A DNA stretch of 63,998 nt, the filler included, from Diploschistes diacapsis (taxonomy: Eukaryota), in assembly GCA_023645945.1 (NCBI GenBank). It is 8 parts of 8 records of this genome, joined end to end, with 100 filler letters (N's around TTAATTAATTAA, not from the genome) between each part and the next. Parts side by side here need not be neighbours in the genome. Positions count along the whole stretch, not along the records: positions 59,029 to 63,998 come from JALAIB010001625.1; 7 more parts are not named here. The stretch is one strand, 5' to 3'. Of the stretch, positions 62,660-63,998 are shown in pieces (the stretch's first letter is position 1; each line of letters opens with the position of its first letter). The notes below the pieces were generated by a model that did no database searches, had not been told where the DNA came from, and saw only the letters and a list, made by a program, of their open reading frames with translations. Position numbers and translations under genes: made by a program.

Positions 62660-63998
62660 GTTAAATACCTAGATCTCTATATAATTTATATACAAATATA
62701 TATCACTTATAAAAATACGTAGAACTATATAAAATTAAATATAAAAAAAATACAATTTTATTATTATCGTATTTATAATAACTTATAAAGTAAGCTATAT
62801 AGCCATAAAGACTATATAACAAAAAGAAATAGATACTAAAGCACCAAAAGATACTTAAAATGCTCTAAAAGCAGCTTAAAAGCGTACTTTTAGGCCCTTC
62901 ATAACTTCCCTCATGCCGTGCTCCTCCTCCTCCGCCCATTATGCTCCCCTCCGCTCCTCCTCCATCTCCGCGTCTAATCGTGGTAGTAGATGACCATAAA
63001 AGTCACCTAAAGCTCGTAAAAACTGGCCTATCAGGACCTCCCTATCTTCCCTCTTCCGCGCCAGTAACCAGGAAAGCGCTTCCTTCCGTTAATACTCTTA
63101 AACCATCGTTACGCTTAGACGGTGTTAATCTAAATATATTTATTTATAAAATAACGCGGTATTAATAATATTTTTATAAAACAAATATTTGTCTTTAATG
63201 GTATTAAGTTCTTCACGAAATCCGACGTCGTTAACGCCGCGTAAGACGCGCGAAATATCTTCGAATTCGTAATTTAACGCAATTTATTAAATAACGAACG
63301 CACGAAAGATATTCGATCTTTTAAAATAATCGTTTATATTAAAAAACTCGACGTGATAATTAACGAATAAAATTATTTATTTTATTATTACGTCGTTTAC
63401 GTCTTTACGGATCACGATAATTATATTATAAACCACGCGATCTCGCGTTATTTTTTTCTTTTTTATATCGATATTACGCGTAATAAATCTTAATTTAATA
63501 TCGCCGTTACGTTAATAATAATAACGATATTACGTAATACTTCTAAACGTTCTATTAAACGTTTAAAAATTATTCACGTATAATTAAAACGCGTTAAAAT
63601 CCGTTACGATTATTCGTAAAATATTCGCGACGATAAAGAAACGCGTCTTTTACGCCGGGAAATCCGTAAGAAAGCTATAAAACCTCCCCATAATAAATAG
63701 CGACGGTAAAGAAAGGCGAGGACGAGCGGGCGCGACGGACGCGATAAACGCGGTAAGGACAAGCGAGATAAAGACGGTAAAAAAAGCGGAAGAAGAAATA
63801 GAAAAAGAAACGACATTTTTACGGCCTAAAATAACGATAAAGATATCGTAAAATATACGGTCTTTAAAATCTAATTCGTCGTCGTTATCGATATCGACAA
63901 TTACGTTAAACGTAACCGTATCGACGATAAAGGGCGTAGAACGAATAAATAAAAAAACATTTATTATATTTAAAAAATAATTAAAAAGATAAAATTAA
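62660..63998. repeat. AT-rich RIP-degenerated sequence
   Basis: TpA and CpG rich, CpA/TpG depleted, no intact ORF. Confidence 0.7.

Overview
Eukaryotic DNA from a filamentous ascomycete: short spliceosomal introns with CTRAC/CTAAT branch points, and AT-rich tracts with a RIP-like signature. The window is not one locus. It holds eight contigs joined by seven artificial 100-nt spacers (N44-TTAATTAATTAA-N44): seven of about 5 kb and one of 27.6 kb (20901-48497). Housekeeping or conserved genes are TPA1/OFD1, a PNPOx-like flavoprotein, a DAL5-like permease, prefoldin-5, PNO1, a yapsin-type protease, GLTP/HET-C2, SPO71/Mug56, an enoyl-reductase-like MDR, IMP3, a RED-like protein and acylphosphatase. 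The main point of interest is a compact, co-oriented secondary-metabolite cluster at the start of the large contig. It comprises an intron-split EthD-like gene only partly captured by the ORF track, an FSH1 serine hydrolase, a 2142-aa non-reducing PKS (SAT-KS-AT-PT-ACP-cMT) with no TE or R release domain, and a DHA1 MFS transporter. One MITE borders the cluster, another lies upstream of the PKS, and a tract of pseudogenes follows it. Also present are a TIR element with 72-bp internal tandem arrays, an intact PD-(D/E)XK-like nuclease gene in a RIP island, HET and HeLo-like/ankyrin pseudogenes, an intron splitting a start codon and a GC-AG intron. All calls come from manual translation and motif recognition; no searches were run.
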